DNA of 64,000 bases from Macrostomum hystrix (taxonomy: Eukaryota; Animalia; Platyhelminthes): positions 2,294,001 to 2,358,000 of the forward strand of contig CATNEN010000012.1 in NCBI GenBank assembly GCA_950097015.1, written 5' to 3'. The notes beneath the pieces are model-generated. The model did no database searches. It was not told where the DNA came from and worked only from the letters and a program-made list of their open reading frames with translations. The position numbers and the translations under genes are program-made. Of the stretch, positions 24,801 through 34,801 are shown one piece after another (positions within the stretch are counted from its first letter, which is position 1; each line of letters opens with the position of its first letter).

Positions 24801-26247
24801 GTAGACGATGCTCAATGGTGCAAACACACCATCGTATTCCGTTCTAATTATAGTCTTCAAGGTACTTTGCAATAACCCCAAATAAAACAGGCCAACTGTA
24901 CGACAAGTCGGTGGGCTACAAGTCTAAGGGCTGGTGGTCGCAGTCAGCCCTGACCGAGTACAACAGCCGCGTCTCCTGCCTTAGAGACTCCATGAAGGAG
25001 TATCTCGAGTATTACGAGAAGGACCGACTTGGCGAACTGTCAGATGAGGACCGGGTAAGTAAAAAATGGAGTCCAAATGCTCGTAGCTGCTGTTGGCCCA
25101 CATCAGGCTTGTTCCTAATTTTATGCCCAACTTGCTGATCCCAGGAGAGCAAAATCAAAGAGATACTGAAGTCTAACGTCAATTGGACTGCGCTGGAGAT
25201 TGGCGCCATCAAGAATGCTCGCCAAGCTTTCGATCTTCACAAGGGCAGCGGCAGCGAGAACTCAGCTCACGTCCGGCTGCCTGTGTACGACAACACCGAG
25301 GAGCAGATGTTCTACATCTCCTACGCTCAGGTGACTGACTCTGGCTCTGACTCTGACTGACTGTGATTGCGCTTCAATTACTAGTTTTTGCACTCCCATT
25401 TCCTGCCTAAAACATTCTTTGCAACAATCTGATTCCGCTTCAGATGAACTGTCACCACATTGGTGTGTATCACGACTACAAGTCCTGGCAGAGAAACTGG
25501 TTTCCTTGGAAAATTCTGTAAGCATGTGCTTTGTTTTTAAGCTAACTAACAATATCTCTGTGATTAGATCAACTAATCACTGCCATTCACCAGTGCATAC
25601 TAGAATACTCAAGGTATTATAGGTCTGCGGTCTATAACTTACGTTAAGCTATAGACCGCAGTTCAACACAGAGCTTTTTTAGCACCCAAGGCCAACAGGC
25701 AGGTGATGTTTACGTGACGCTAGACCGCAGTTCAACGCAGAGCTTTTTTAGCACCCAAGGCCAACAGGCACGTGATGTTTACGTGACGCTAGACTGCGGG
25801 TCGATGCTGAGCTATTTTTAGCACCTAAGGCCCAACAGCACGTGATGTTTACGTAACGCCAGATTGCGATTCGATGCAGAGTTATAAATAGCAGCAAACA
25901 AGCACGTGGTTAGCAGACCGCTTAATGCAAAATACATTTATTGTTCACAAGGCCAAACAATGACAATTAATTTTTTTGATATGATTGATTAAATATTTTC
26001 ACTCTGTAAGAACGTGTTGCTGAACTACTTACTTGGAAATAAGACAGAAATAGTTTATACATGCCTATTCTCAACCGACGTCGATGATTTCTTAAGTCGT
26101 ACAACCTGATGATTTTAAGAGTAAAAAAATCCAAACCTGCTTTTCAGTGTGAACGTGGCCGCGGCTCACGTACCGGAGTTCGCTAGCACCTTCAATTGCA
26201 AGAGGAACAGTCGCATGAACCCTGAGAAGCGTTGCGACATCTACTAG
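18862..26247 (+). CDS. Neprilysin/ECE-like M13 family type II membrane protein, 823 aa, 11 exons, predicted catalytically inactive
   Basis: Exons 18862-19632, 20417-20473, 20556-20696, 22631-22923, 23349-23574, 23974-24150, 24256-24538, 24891-25054, 25145-25330, 25444-25517 and 26148-26247 join in frame (2472 nt). Features: N-terminal TM, PCDDFYEYACG, DWMD..TK, GYPD, AGILQAPLF, EQMFYISYAQ, FNC...MNPEKRC. HExxH reads YEILQ. Confidence 0.88.
19780..20255. repeat. Intronic 13-bp minisatellite (GTCAGTGACAGGG)
   Basis: Read directly. Confidence 0.95.
20700..22620. repeat. Compound intronic minisatellite: 28-bp unit (to about 21360), then 20-bp unit TGAAATACTGACAGACTGAC
   Basis: Read directly; fills intron 3 of the M13 gene. 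Confidence 0.95.
22955..23230. repeat. Intronic 16-bp repeat (CTTGTGAACTTGTGTA)
   Basis: Read directly. Confidence 0.93.
23600..23910. repeat. Intronic repeat of about 30 bp (CTGAGCATAGTGACCTCCTGACCCCATT core)
   Basis: Read directly. Confidence 0.9.
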
Positions 26248-26569
26248 ATATTCCAGCATCGCGAGTGCCGGCAAATTATAATCGCACTATCATAATCAAT
26301 CTCATATGATACTACTTGCATGATTTTTTGTTGAGTAGGGCAACGCAAATGTAAGGGATAATCACGATTGATTTCGAATTCCTAATATTTCCGCTATTGA
26401 TTTTCATCTTCGCCAATCAAAGTAACTGATAATCTAATTTTACTGTGTCGCAAAGAGTGTGCCGTTGAAATAAATTTAAATAAATAAATGTACTGCTTAA
26501 ACGGTTGAACAGTTATCAGCTGACTATTTATTTTATTCAGGAGCTTCAATATTCAATACTGTCTACACG

Positions 26570-26795
26570 AGCTTGTAGCCTTGTGGTTAGAGAGTCCGAC
26601 TCACGACTTGAAGGTAGGGGGTTCGAATCCCGACTCCACTGGAACAATTTGTGTCCTTTAGCAAGACACTAAACTCTGCATTGCTTCAGTTCACCCAGCT
26701 GTTAAATGGGTACCAGCATGAGCTGGGGTCTTGAGGTTTGGCGCAGCGTCCCCCAGTCCATGGACCCAATTGAGGCAGGTGAAATCAATTATTTT
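26570..26795 (+). mobile_element. tRNA-derived SINE, internally shortened copy
   Basis: A box TGGTTAGAG, B box GGTTCGAATCC, central CCTTTAGCAAGACACT..CTCTGCATTGCTTCAGTTCACCCAGCTG domain, and 3' end GGCAGGTGAAATCAATTATT shared with the 30011-30322 copy. Confidence 0.8.
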
Positions 26796-27452
26796 TGAAT
26801 AGCCGTCATACATCATCAAGCCATATTCTTCTCCTTATTAGCTCGTAGTCAGCTGAAGTTCAGTTTACATTGGCTTGTGTCGCACACTCACAATTGCGAA
26901 CATGTTTAAGGGTGTGTGCCTGTTTGCGCGTCACAAGAAGCCAGCATGCAGTGTGAGCCTGTAATGAAACTGTAATGAAAAGTATCAATATATAACAGGC
27001 GCAAGCTTCAGTGTTCAGTGTTTAAGGGCTGTTCTCCATACAGTGGTACATACTCATAATTGCAGAGATTGCGTGTACCCTGCAGGACAAGAATGCACGC
27101 ATATAAGCATGCGCACACATTTATCGACTGAATTCTTGCTCAAAGGCCTTCTAGAGCGGTCGTGTCCTCTCTCTTTTTTGAATCATTGGCTTAAAAGTTT
27201 TCTTGTGGAAGAATCAATCCTTTCTACCGCCGGTTCCGTTGGCTTCAACAGTACTTGTAAGCTAATATGCAAAAACTGTAGCAGCCTTCGATGTAGATAA
27301 ATTGAATTGGCACCAAAGTTATTCGGTCCAGATGTAGCTTTTGCGCGGCAATTTCAAAGACTGTGTACAGCTGTTCAGTCCGTGGACTGGGGAAGTTGCT
27401 TCACGCACAAACACGAAGTCAAGAGTCTTGCTTAAGCTAATTTAAGTGCTCC
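26793..27452 (+). repeat. Block X, about 660 bp, direct repeat of 30752-31400
   Basis: Collinear from TTTTGAATAGCCGTCATAC to CTTAAGCTAATTTAAGTGCTCC. Confidence 0.9.
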
Positions 27453-27579
27453 CTTTGAATTAGAATTCGAACTCCCGGTGGTGGCGTAATTAAGGATTGG
27501 CGTGGTTCCCCCAGTCCATGGAGTTTGGAGTTGATGATCCAAAGTAACAAGCGATTGTACACTAGATTATTATAGTCAT

Positions 27580-27927
27580 GAAATACGACTTCCGAGTTAC
27601 AGCTACCAATCTCTGTCACTGTCGCTTCTATCGCCGGATGCGTCCACAGGTGGGTTGCTGACTCGATCCACGTATTCGCCATTTACGGATATGCATTTTC
27701 GGTAGCGCTCAATCAGCTTGTCGAAGCCAGACCCCCAGAAGCTGGCATCGAACTGACGTAGAGACTTGGATGGCCCTCATGTATGCTGTGGTTGACTAAG
27801 CTGCATAAAATTTTAGGAAAAGTATTTTCTACGGCTGAATACCATAGTCATCTATTTTCAGCCAAATCAAGCACGAGTTGTCACCAGGATTAGCATTAGT
27901 CCGGAAACTTTTGCAACACCCCTCGTA
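27580..27927 (-). mobile_element. Mariner remnant: one TIR plus transposase C-terminus
   Basis: Minus strand reads FWGSGFDKLIERYRKCISVNGEYVD, resembling the mariner C-terminal motif G(I/F)xKLxxRWxKCIxxNGEY. The terminus TA-CGAGGGGTGTTGCAAAAGTTTCCGG abuts host sequence at TA 27926-27927. Confidence 0.65.
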
Positions 27928-27982
27928 CTTCAATAGCAATTGTGAAGATTTCCGAGAAGCCGGCACTGCGATAAACGCAAAC

Positions 27983-29637
27983 ATGAAGTTGACCCTGATC
28001 TGCCTTATTGGCCTGGCCGCTGTGTTCATCTCCTGCTCAGGTGAATCGAAATTGCTGATTAAAACACTTCGACATCTTAAAGATCTAAAAGCCACAATTT
28101 ATTGTCTGGCCAATACTTCATCTAGTAGATGACAATCCTGTATCTAGTAGATGTCAATCCTGTATCTTGTAGATGTCAATCCTGTATCTAGTAGATGTCA
28201 ATCCTGTATCTAGTAGATGCCAATCCTGTATCTAGTAGATGCCAATCCTGTATCTAGTAGATGCCAATCCTGTGTCTAGTAGATGTCAATCCTGTATCTA
28301 GTAGATGTCAATCCTGTATCTAGTAGATGCCAATCCTGTATCTAGTAGATGCCAATCCTGTATCTAGTAGATGCCAATCCTGTATCTAGTAGATGCCAAT
28401 CCTGTATCTAGTAGATGTCAATCCTGTATCTTGTAGAGGTCAATCCTGTATCTAGTAGATGCCAATCCTGTATCTAGTAGATGCCAATCCTGTATCTAGT
28501 AGATGCCAATCCTGTATCTAGTAGATGTCAATCCTGTATCTTGTAGAGGTCAATCCTGTATCTAGTAGATGCCAATCCTGTATCTAGTAGATGCCAATCC
28601 TGTATCTAGTAGATGCCAATCCTGTATCTAGTAGATGCCAATCCTGTATCTAGTAGATGCCAATCCTGTATCTAGTAGATGCCAATCCTGTATCTAGTAG
28701 ATGTCAATCCTGTATCTAGTAGATGCCTGTATCTAGTAGATGTCAATCCTGTATCTAGTAGATGCCAATCCTGTATCTAGTAGATGTCAATCCTGTATCT
28801 TGTAGATGCCAATCCTGTATCTAGTAGATGCCAATCCTGTATCTAGTAGATGCCAATCCTGTATCTAGTAGATGCCAATCCTGTATCTAGTAGATGCCAA
28901 TCCTGTATCTAGTAGATGCCAATCCTGTATCTAGTAGATGCCAATCCTGTATCTAGTAGATGCAATCCTGTATCTAGTAGATGCCAATCCTGTATCTAGT
29001 AGATGCCTGTATCTAGTAGATGCAATCCTGTATCTAGTAGATGCCAATCCTGTATCTAGTAGATGCCAATCCTGTATCTAGTAGATGCCAATCCTGTATC
29101 TAGTAGATGCCAATCCTGTATCTAGTAGATGCCAATCCTGTATCTAGTAGATGCCAATCCTGTATCTAGTAGATGCCTGTATCTAGTAGATGCAATCCTG
29201 TATCTAGTAGATGCCAATCCTGTATCTAGTAGATGCCAATCCTGTATCTAGTAGATGCCAATCCTGTATCTAGTAGATGCCAATCCTGTATCTAGTAGAT
29301 GCAATCCTGTATCTAGTAGATGCCAATTCCAGAAAATAATTTTATCGAACATTCAATGCGGCATTCTCTATGCGAGTATCAAATTCAATGCAACAACACC
29401 CGTCTACCCGCTGTTTTTTCAGAGGGATTTCATAGTTGCCGTCAGAAGTACAATCGCTGCCGTGCCTACCCACATTCGGACCGGTGTTGCGGCGGTCTGG
29501 AGTGCCGCTCGGGTCACTGCGTCGCCGCCTGCCTGAAGCATCGCGCACTTTGCAGGCGCGACAACCAATGCTGCACCGGCGTCTGCGAGTGGTCGCGCTG
29601 GCGGAAGCAGCGAGTTTGCAGTCTTGGCCACCACTAA
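27983..29637 (+). CDS. Secreted double-knottin-like peptide A3, 90 aa, exons 27983-28040 and 29423-29637
   Basis: Signal MKLTLICLIGLAAVFISCS; donor CAG|GTGAAT, acceptor TTTTCAG|AG. Mature GFHSCRQKYNRCRAYPHSDRCCGGLECRSGHCVAACLKHRALCRRDNQCCTGVCEWSRWRKQRVCSLGHH. No B partner follows. Confidence 0.85.
28124..29325. repeat. Intronic 22-bp minisatellite, about 54 copies
   Basis: Same unit as in A1 and A2. Confidence 0.97.
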
Positions 29638-30010
29638 AATTCACAGAAAGCTAGAAGTTAAGCCAATTAGTCCGGAAACTTTTGCAACACACCTCGTACT
29701 TCAATAGTAATAGATTCCAGGTGCGGACACAAATTTTATGCAGCTCAGTCAACATAATTTAATGTACGCATTTAATGTACTCATTAAATTTTACAGTATT
29801 ACTTCGCAGCCAACTCTGACGGAAAATATATTCAATAATAAATCAATAAATCGTTTAAAAACTTTTTAAATGAATGCTTTGGATGAATTAATAAAAATGT
29901 AGAATGGCCTTATTAATAGTCTTCATTTTTTCCATAATACTTTAATGTATGGAAATGGTTTATTGGTACTCAAGCCGCAACATCAGCTCAGAGGCTAGGT
30001 GCTTGCACAA

Positions 30011-30322
30011 TAATAATAATAATTGATTACACCTGCCCCAATTGGGTCAGATGTGCAGCCGACAGCACAGCCGCAGCTAATGCGCGGCGCATCTGAAGGC
30101 TGCGTACAGCTGTTCAGTCCATGGACTGGGGGGACGCCACACCCACCTTCAATTATCCCAGCTGATGCTGGTACCCATTCAACATCTGGGTGAACTGAAG
30201 CAATGCAGAGTTAAGTGTCTTGCTAAAGGACGCAAATTGTTCCAGTGGAGTCGGGAATCGAACCCCCGACCTTTAAGTCGTGAGTCCGACGCTCTAACCA
30301 CTAGGCTCCAACCTCCTTGCAA
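30011..30322 (-). mobile_element. Full-length tRNA-derived SINE with TSD
   Basis: tRNA-like head with A and B boxes, (TTA)n tail, and 9-bp TSD CTTGCACAA (30002-30010 and 30323-30331). Inserted into a 74-bp repeat unit. Confidence 0.88.
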
Positions 30323-30751
30323 CTTGCACAAACTGCAGGCAATACTGTAGTGACTCTCATGGTACTCAAGCCGCAACATCAGCTCAGAGGTTAGGTGCTT
30401 GCACAAACTGCAGGCATTCCTGTAGTCAATCTCTGCGCAACTCTCTGTCCAAGCCTGTCCGCCATGCTCATTGTTCTCTTCACGCCTGTGGACGAGTTTC
30501 CGCCCTTCTTTATTAATTCGCTGTATTCAATAAATATTTCCGAGGTTAGTTTAGATCAGCCCGTTTGAAACTTTCGGGTGTCGCTAAATTTGGGATATCG
30601 TTAAATTTGGGATATCGCTAAATTTGGGATATCGTTAAATTTGGGATATCGTTGAATTTGGGATATCGTTATTTAGCTGGGCGAACACGGAACAGAAGCA
30701 AAAGGGATTTAACTGTGTGCTTTTAAATACTAATTTAAGGCTAATTTAATA

Positions 30752-31400
30752 TTTTGAATAGCCGTCATACCTCATCAAGCCATATTCTTCTCCTTATTAG
30801 CTCGTAGTCAGCTGAAGTTCAGTTTACATTGGCTTGTGTCGCACACTCACAATTGCGAACATGTTTAAGGGTGTGTGCCTGTTTGCGCGTCACAAGAAGC
30901 CAGCATGCAGTGTGAGCCTGTAATGAAACTGTAATGAAAAGTATCAATATATAACAGGCGCAAGCTTCAGTGTTCAGTGTTTAAGGGCTGTTCTCCGTAC
31001 AGTGGTACATACGCATAATTGCAGAGATTGCCCTGCAGGACAAGAATGCACGCATATAAACATGCGCACACATTTATCGACTGAATTCTTGCTAAAAGGC
31101 CTTCTATTCTAGAGCGGTCGTGTCCTCTCTCTTTTTTGAATCATTCGTTTAAAAGTTTTCTTGTGGAAGAATCAATCCTTTCTACCGCCGGTTCCGTTGG
31201 CTTCAACAATACTTGTAAGCTAATATGCAAAAACTGTAGCAGCCTTCGATGTAGATAAATTGAATTGGCACCAAAGTTATTCGGTCCAGATGTAGCTTTT
31301 GCGCGGCAATTTCAAAGGATGTGTACAGCTGTTCAGTCCGTGGATTGCTTCCGCACAAGCACTAAGTCAAGAGTCTTGCTTAAGCTAATTTAAGTGCTCC
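30752..31400 (+). repeat. Block X second full copy
   Basis: Direct repeat of 26793-27452. Confidence 0.9.
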
Positions 31401-31892
31401 ATTTTAGAAGCTCTAACCGCTGGGCTACTGTGGGCGGGGAGGGTTTTTTCTATCTGCAGCCATAGATCTCGGGGAAATTGTACACTCGCATGGCAACTAG
31501 GTCACGAGTTGGAATTATCAGCAAGCTATAGGAGATTAGTAAATGTGATCAATATGTTTCAGCCACACTGTTCGCAATTACCAACCGCCCGCAGAAGGCG
31601 GCTGTCATGACTTTTGAGGAGCTCAACCTCCCGAGCAGTTTGAGCAGCTGTGCTCCAAGTGGAGTCTGGGCAGATGAATTATACAAACTGGTGAGCATTA
31701 TTTTTTTTATTTTGCCTGATTCAGATTTTAGATCGAACTAACAACCACAAGTGCCTGCCCTAACTTGTAAGAATTCCCCTCAACTATTTGTTTACTAAAT
31801 TGGTAGGCTAATTGATAGGTTAATTCATAGTTTAGTTTGGTAGGTTAATTGGTGGACTAATTGGTAGATGAATTAGTTTTACTCACGCTTCT

Positions 31893-32130
31893 AAGGTCGG
31901 GGGTTCGATTTCCGACAACTGAAAAAATCCGCGTCCTTTAGCAAGACACTTAACTCTGCATTGCTTCAATTGTCCCAGCTGTGAAATCAGTAACAGCACT
32001 AGCTGGGGTTAATTGAGGCTGGGTGTGGCGTCCACCCCTGTCCATGGACTGAACAGCCGTCCGCAGCCTTCAGATGCGCTGCGAAATGTGATGCACATCT
32101 GGCCTGATTGGGGCCGGTGTTATCAAATAT
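31893..32130 (+). mobile_element. 5'-truncated SINE copy
   Basis: B box GGTTCGATT, central domain and 3' region match the 30011-30322 element. Confidence 0.78.
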
Positions 32131-32252
32131 TCAAAATAATTTTATTTGCCGAAGTTTATAAATTATCCCAAGTTGGAAGACTTCCCACATTTCCAGGACT
32201 GACCAGGCAACAGCAGAAGGTGGCCAGCTTGGAATCCCGTTTGTAATTCCAG

Positions 32253-32516
32253 GAAACGTCCGGTACTATGCCATACAGTGGATTACTTGCACTGTACAAT
32301 CGGGCATTGAACAGTTGCCCTTATTCCGTGCAGCTCTGGTGCCAGTTTGTCGACTGTCAACTGCGGTTCGGAGCCCCGTGGCAGTCGGTGTGGGACACAA
32401 TTGACGCAGCGTTCAACTCCGGGCTGCACAGCGAGCAGGACCTGACGGTGCTGACGCTAAAACTGCGATTTTGTGAGGCCTTGTTTTTCTTCAGAGATCG
32501 TCTGGCCCAAAAATAA
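32253..32516 (+). pseudogene. Orphan exon resembling HAT repeats of SART3/Prp24-like proteins
   Basis: LYNRALNSCPYSVQLWCQFVDCQLRFG...DAAFNSG resembles the SART3 HAT segment (HNRAIRNCPW...LW, from memory). An acceptor TTCCAG precedes it. No clear downstream exons were seen. Confidence 0.4.
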
Positions 32517-33273
32517 GGGCGAAAACATTTCGGGAGATGTTTAGGGCCCGGTCAGAACAATCTTATTTTGCGCGCTAATTCAAAACGAACAAGAATGCTG
32601 ATGCAGAATGCAAAGTATATCTCGTCATTTTTGGCAAATGTGTGGTTGAAAATTTCTAAGATTTATTAACTGATCTTTACTTTCTTCAGCTAATCTCGTT
32701 GAGTGTGCACTTTTTGCAAGAATAACATTCATTGCTTTGCTTATAGAATAATTCAAGTTTCATGACAATGTCGTGCTAATTTTATTATTTTTAAGTCAGG
32801 CTAGAATCTATGAATAGACTATTTTTGCGCGCCTTAGTCATTTTAACATTTTGTACTCCAATTTTTTAGTACAAGTACAAGCAAGTACTAGTGAAAAGCG
32901 GGGATTGGGGATAAGTCACAGAATCCTCTCTGTGTAAATATATATACAATACGAGCTCGTAATTAATTCTCATTGTCCGACCGCCATGCAGCCGCCTTTG
33001 TATGGATTATTTTAGCGCGACTTTTGCTTTTGCAGCCATTTGAAAACTTCTCGAAAATTAAAGATCTCCTGTAAAGGCTTTTTTTCCTCCAGAAACACAA
33101 CTTCCATTCTTAGTAATATCTGTGCAAATTGAATTAAAACTCTTTTTCGAATAAGAAGGGTTGCAGTAGGGCCTAATCTATTAAAAACTTTCAAAGAAGG
33201 ATAATATTTTTGCTTAATGCCTTTGAAAAATAAACGCTGGCAGCTGTATTGGAGGATGTCAATAACACGTACC

Positions 33274-33440
33274 ATTGTTATCACAAAGAATATAATATTT
33301 TGTGTTAGGAGGCGTATATTAGTCAAGGACCACTAGGAGTAACACAATATGGTAACTCCTAGTGTTCAATGCTACTCCTAGTGGTCCTTGACAAATATAC
33401 GCCTCCTTACACAAAATATTATATTCTTTGTAATAACAAT
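33274..33440. repeat. 68-bp inverted repeat with 31-nt spacer
   Basis: Arms 33274-33341 and 33373-33440 have 3 mismatches by hand alignment. Confidence 0.9.
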
Positions 33441-34455
33441 AGCATTAGAGAGATATAGTGTTATAGCAGTGTTACTCCTAGTGGTCCTGGATATTTGGAT
33501 GGAATGAATTCTACTTTCAATCAAAAAGTACAAGCTGAGCTTTGTTTTGCTTCTGAATGAGCCCAAAGGAATGAGAGTTAAAAGTTGGGAATGTTTATAA
33601 GTTGAGAAAAATAGTTAGAAATTGAAAATTGTTAAAATTGAGAAAAAAGTTGTTAGTACATGAGGCTTTTGTTGTTTTATATTTCTGTAAAATGCTATCT
33701 CTAATAATTATAGAAAGAACCAAATATTAACAAAACTTTCGTCTTCGACATAAAACCTGTTATCGGATTTAAAATATGGCCGAAACCAAGTTTGACAAGA
33801 TTAAGAGAGCAAATGATAGAGAATTAGACTTCATCCATCTGTCGGTCGTTCGCTGTAGCGTTTGGATCGTTTCTTCTTACATATCGTGTGCTTTAAAACA
33901 AAGTAAACCATTTCATTTTTTCATTAAAAATTAAATGCACGTAATAATTTTAATGGGTAGTAATTGTAAGTAAGAAAGCAAATTAAAATAAGAAACAAAA
34001 AGTAGCTTTACATCATTACTTAAAATTATCACTTATCCTAATTTTCGTTTTTATAAAATACTCGCGCGCGTATATCACCTAATGCGCTCTCTAACTCTAG
34101 ATATTATTATGTTATGTTATCATGTAGCAATGTTATCGAATATAGCTCTACTACGACTCAGAAATATAGTTTCGTTAGTCTAGAATCTAGATAGCTTCTA
34201 GTTCGAATAAGCGAATAAGCAATTAATGAAAGTTAATAAAGTTTAACCTAAAAAGCGTTCATTAAAGTTGTTACTGCACAGCATCCAAATCCAGAATTGT
34301 TGATAGCTATTTAATGTAGGACTAATTAAGATTTAAGTGAAGATGACCATTGGAATGTCTATTCTGTATCTCATATAAAGCATTTATTCAAATTGCTACC
34401 CAAGTCTCTAGATGAAGTCGAAGATGGTAAAGAAATGATACTAGGGGGCCTAGGG

Positions 34456-34801
34456 AAACAGTCCATTTCGGCGACAGACCATTTCGGCGACAACCATTTC
34501 GGCGACAATACTTTTGAAACAGGTTGACGCACATAGAGCGCGGACCAAACTGATCCAAACTCGCACGGCTATTTATATTACATGTTAAAACAAATACTAT
34601 AACAGGAATACATTAATAAAAGTAGAAGAATCAAATACATTACATACTCAATAAGCAAACACTATCAGATCCATTATTACTGCGGTTTTGATGTTTGTCG
34701 CCGAAGTGGTTGTCGCCGAAATGACTTGTCGCCAAAATGGTTGTCGCCGAAATGACTTGTCGCCGAAATGGACCGGATCCGGCCCGGATCCGGTCCATTT
34801 C
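34456..34801. mobile_element. MITE-like element with CCATTTCGGCGACA subterminal repeats
   Basis: Three direct copies of the motif on the left and about five inverted copies on the right. GGCCTAGGG flanks both sides as a possible 9-bp TSD. Confidence 0.6.

Noticed and set aside
26570-26645. Possible tRNA gene
   Set aside because: No complete cloverleaf; it continues into a SINE body found in several copies.
27829-28132. ORFs spanning A3 exon 1 on both strands
   Set aside because: Read-through of the signal exon into the intron, or its antisense shadow.
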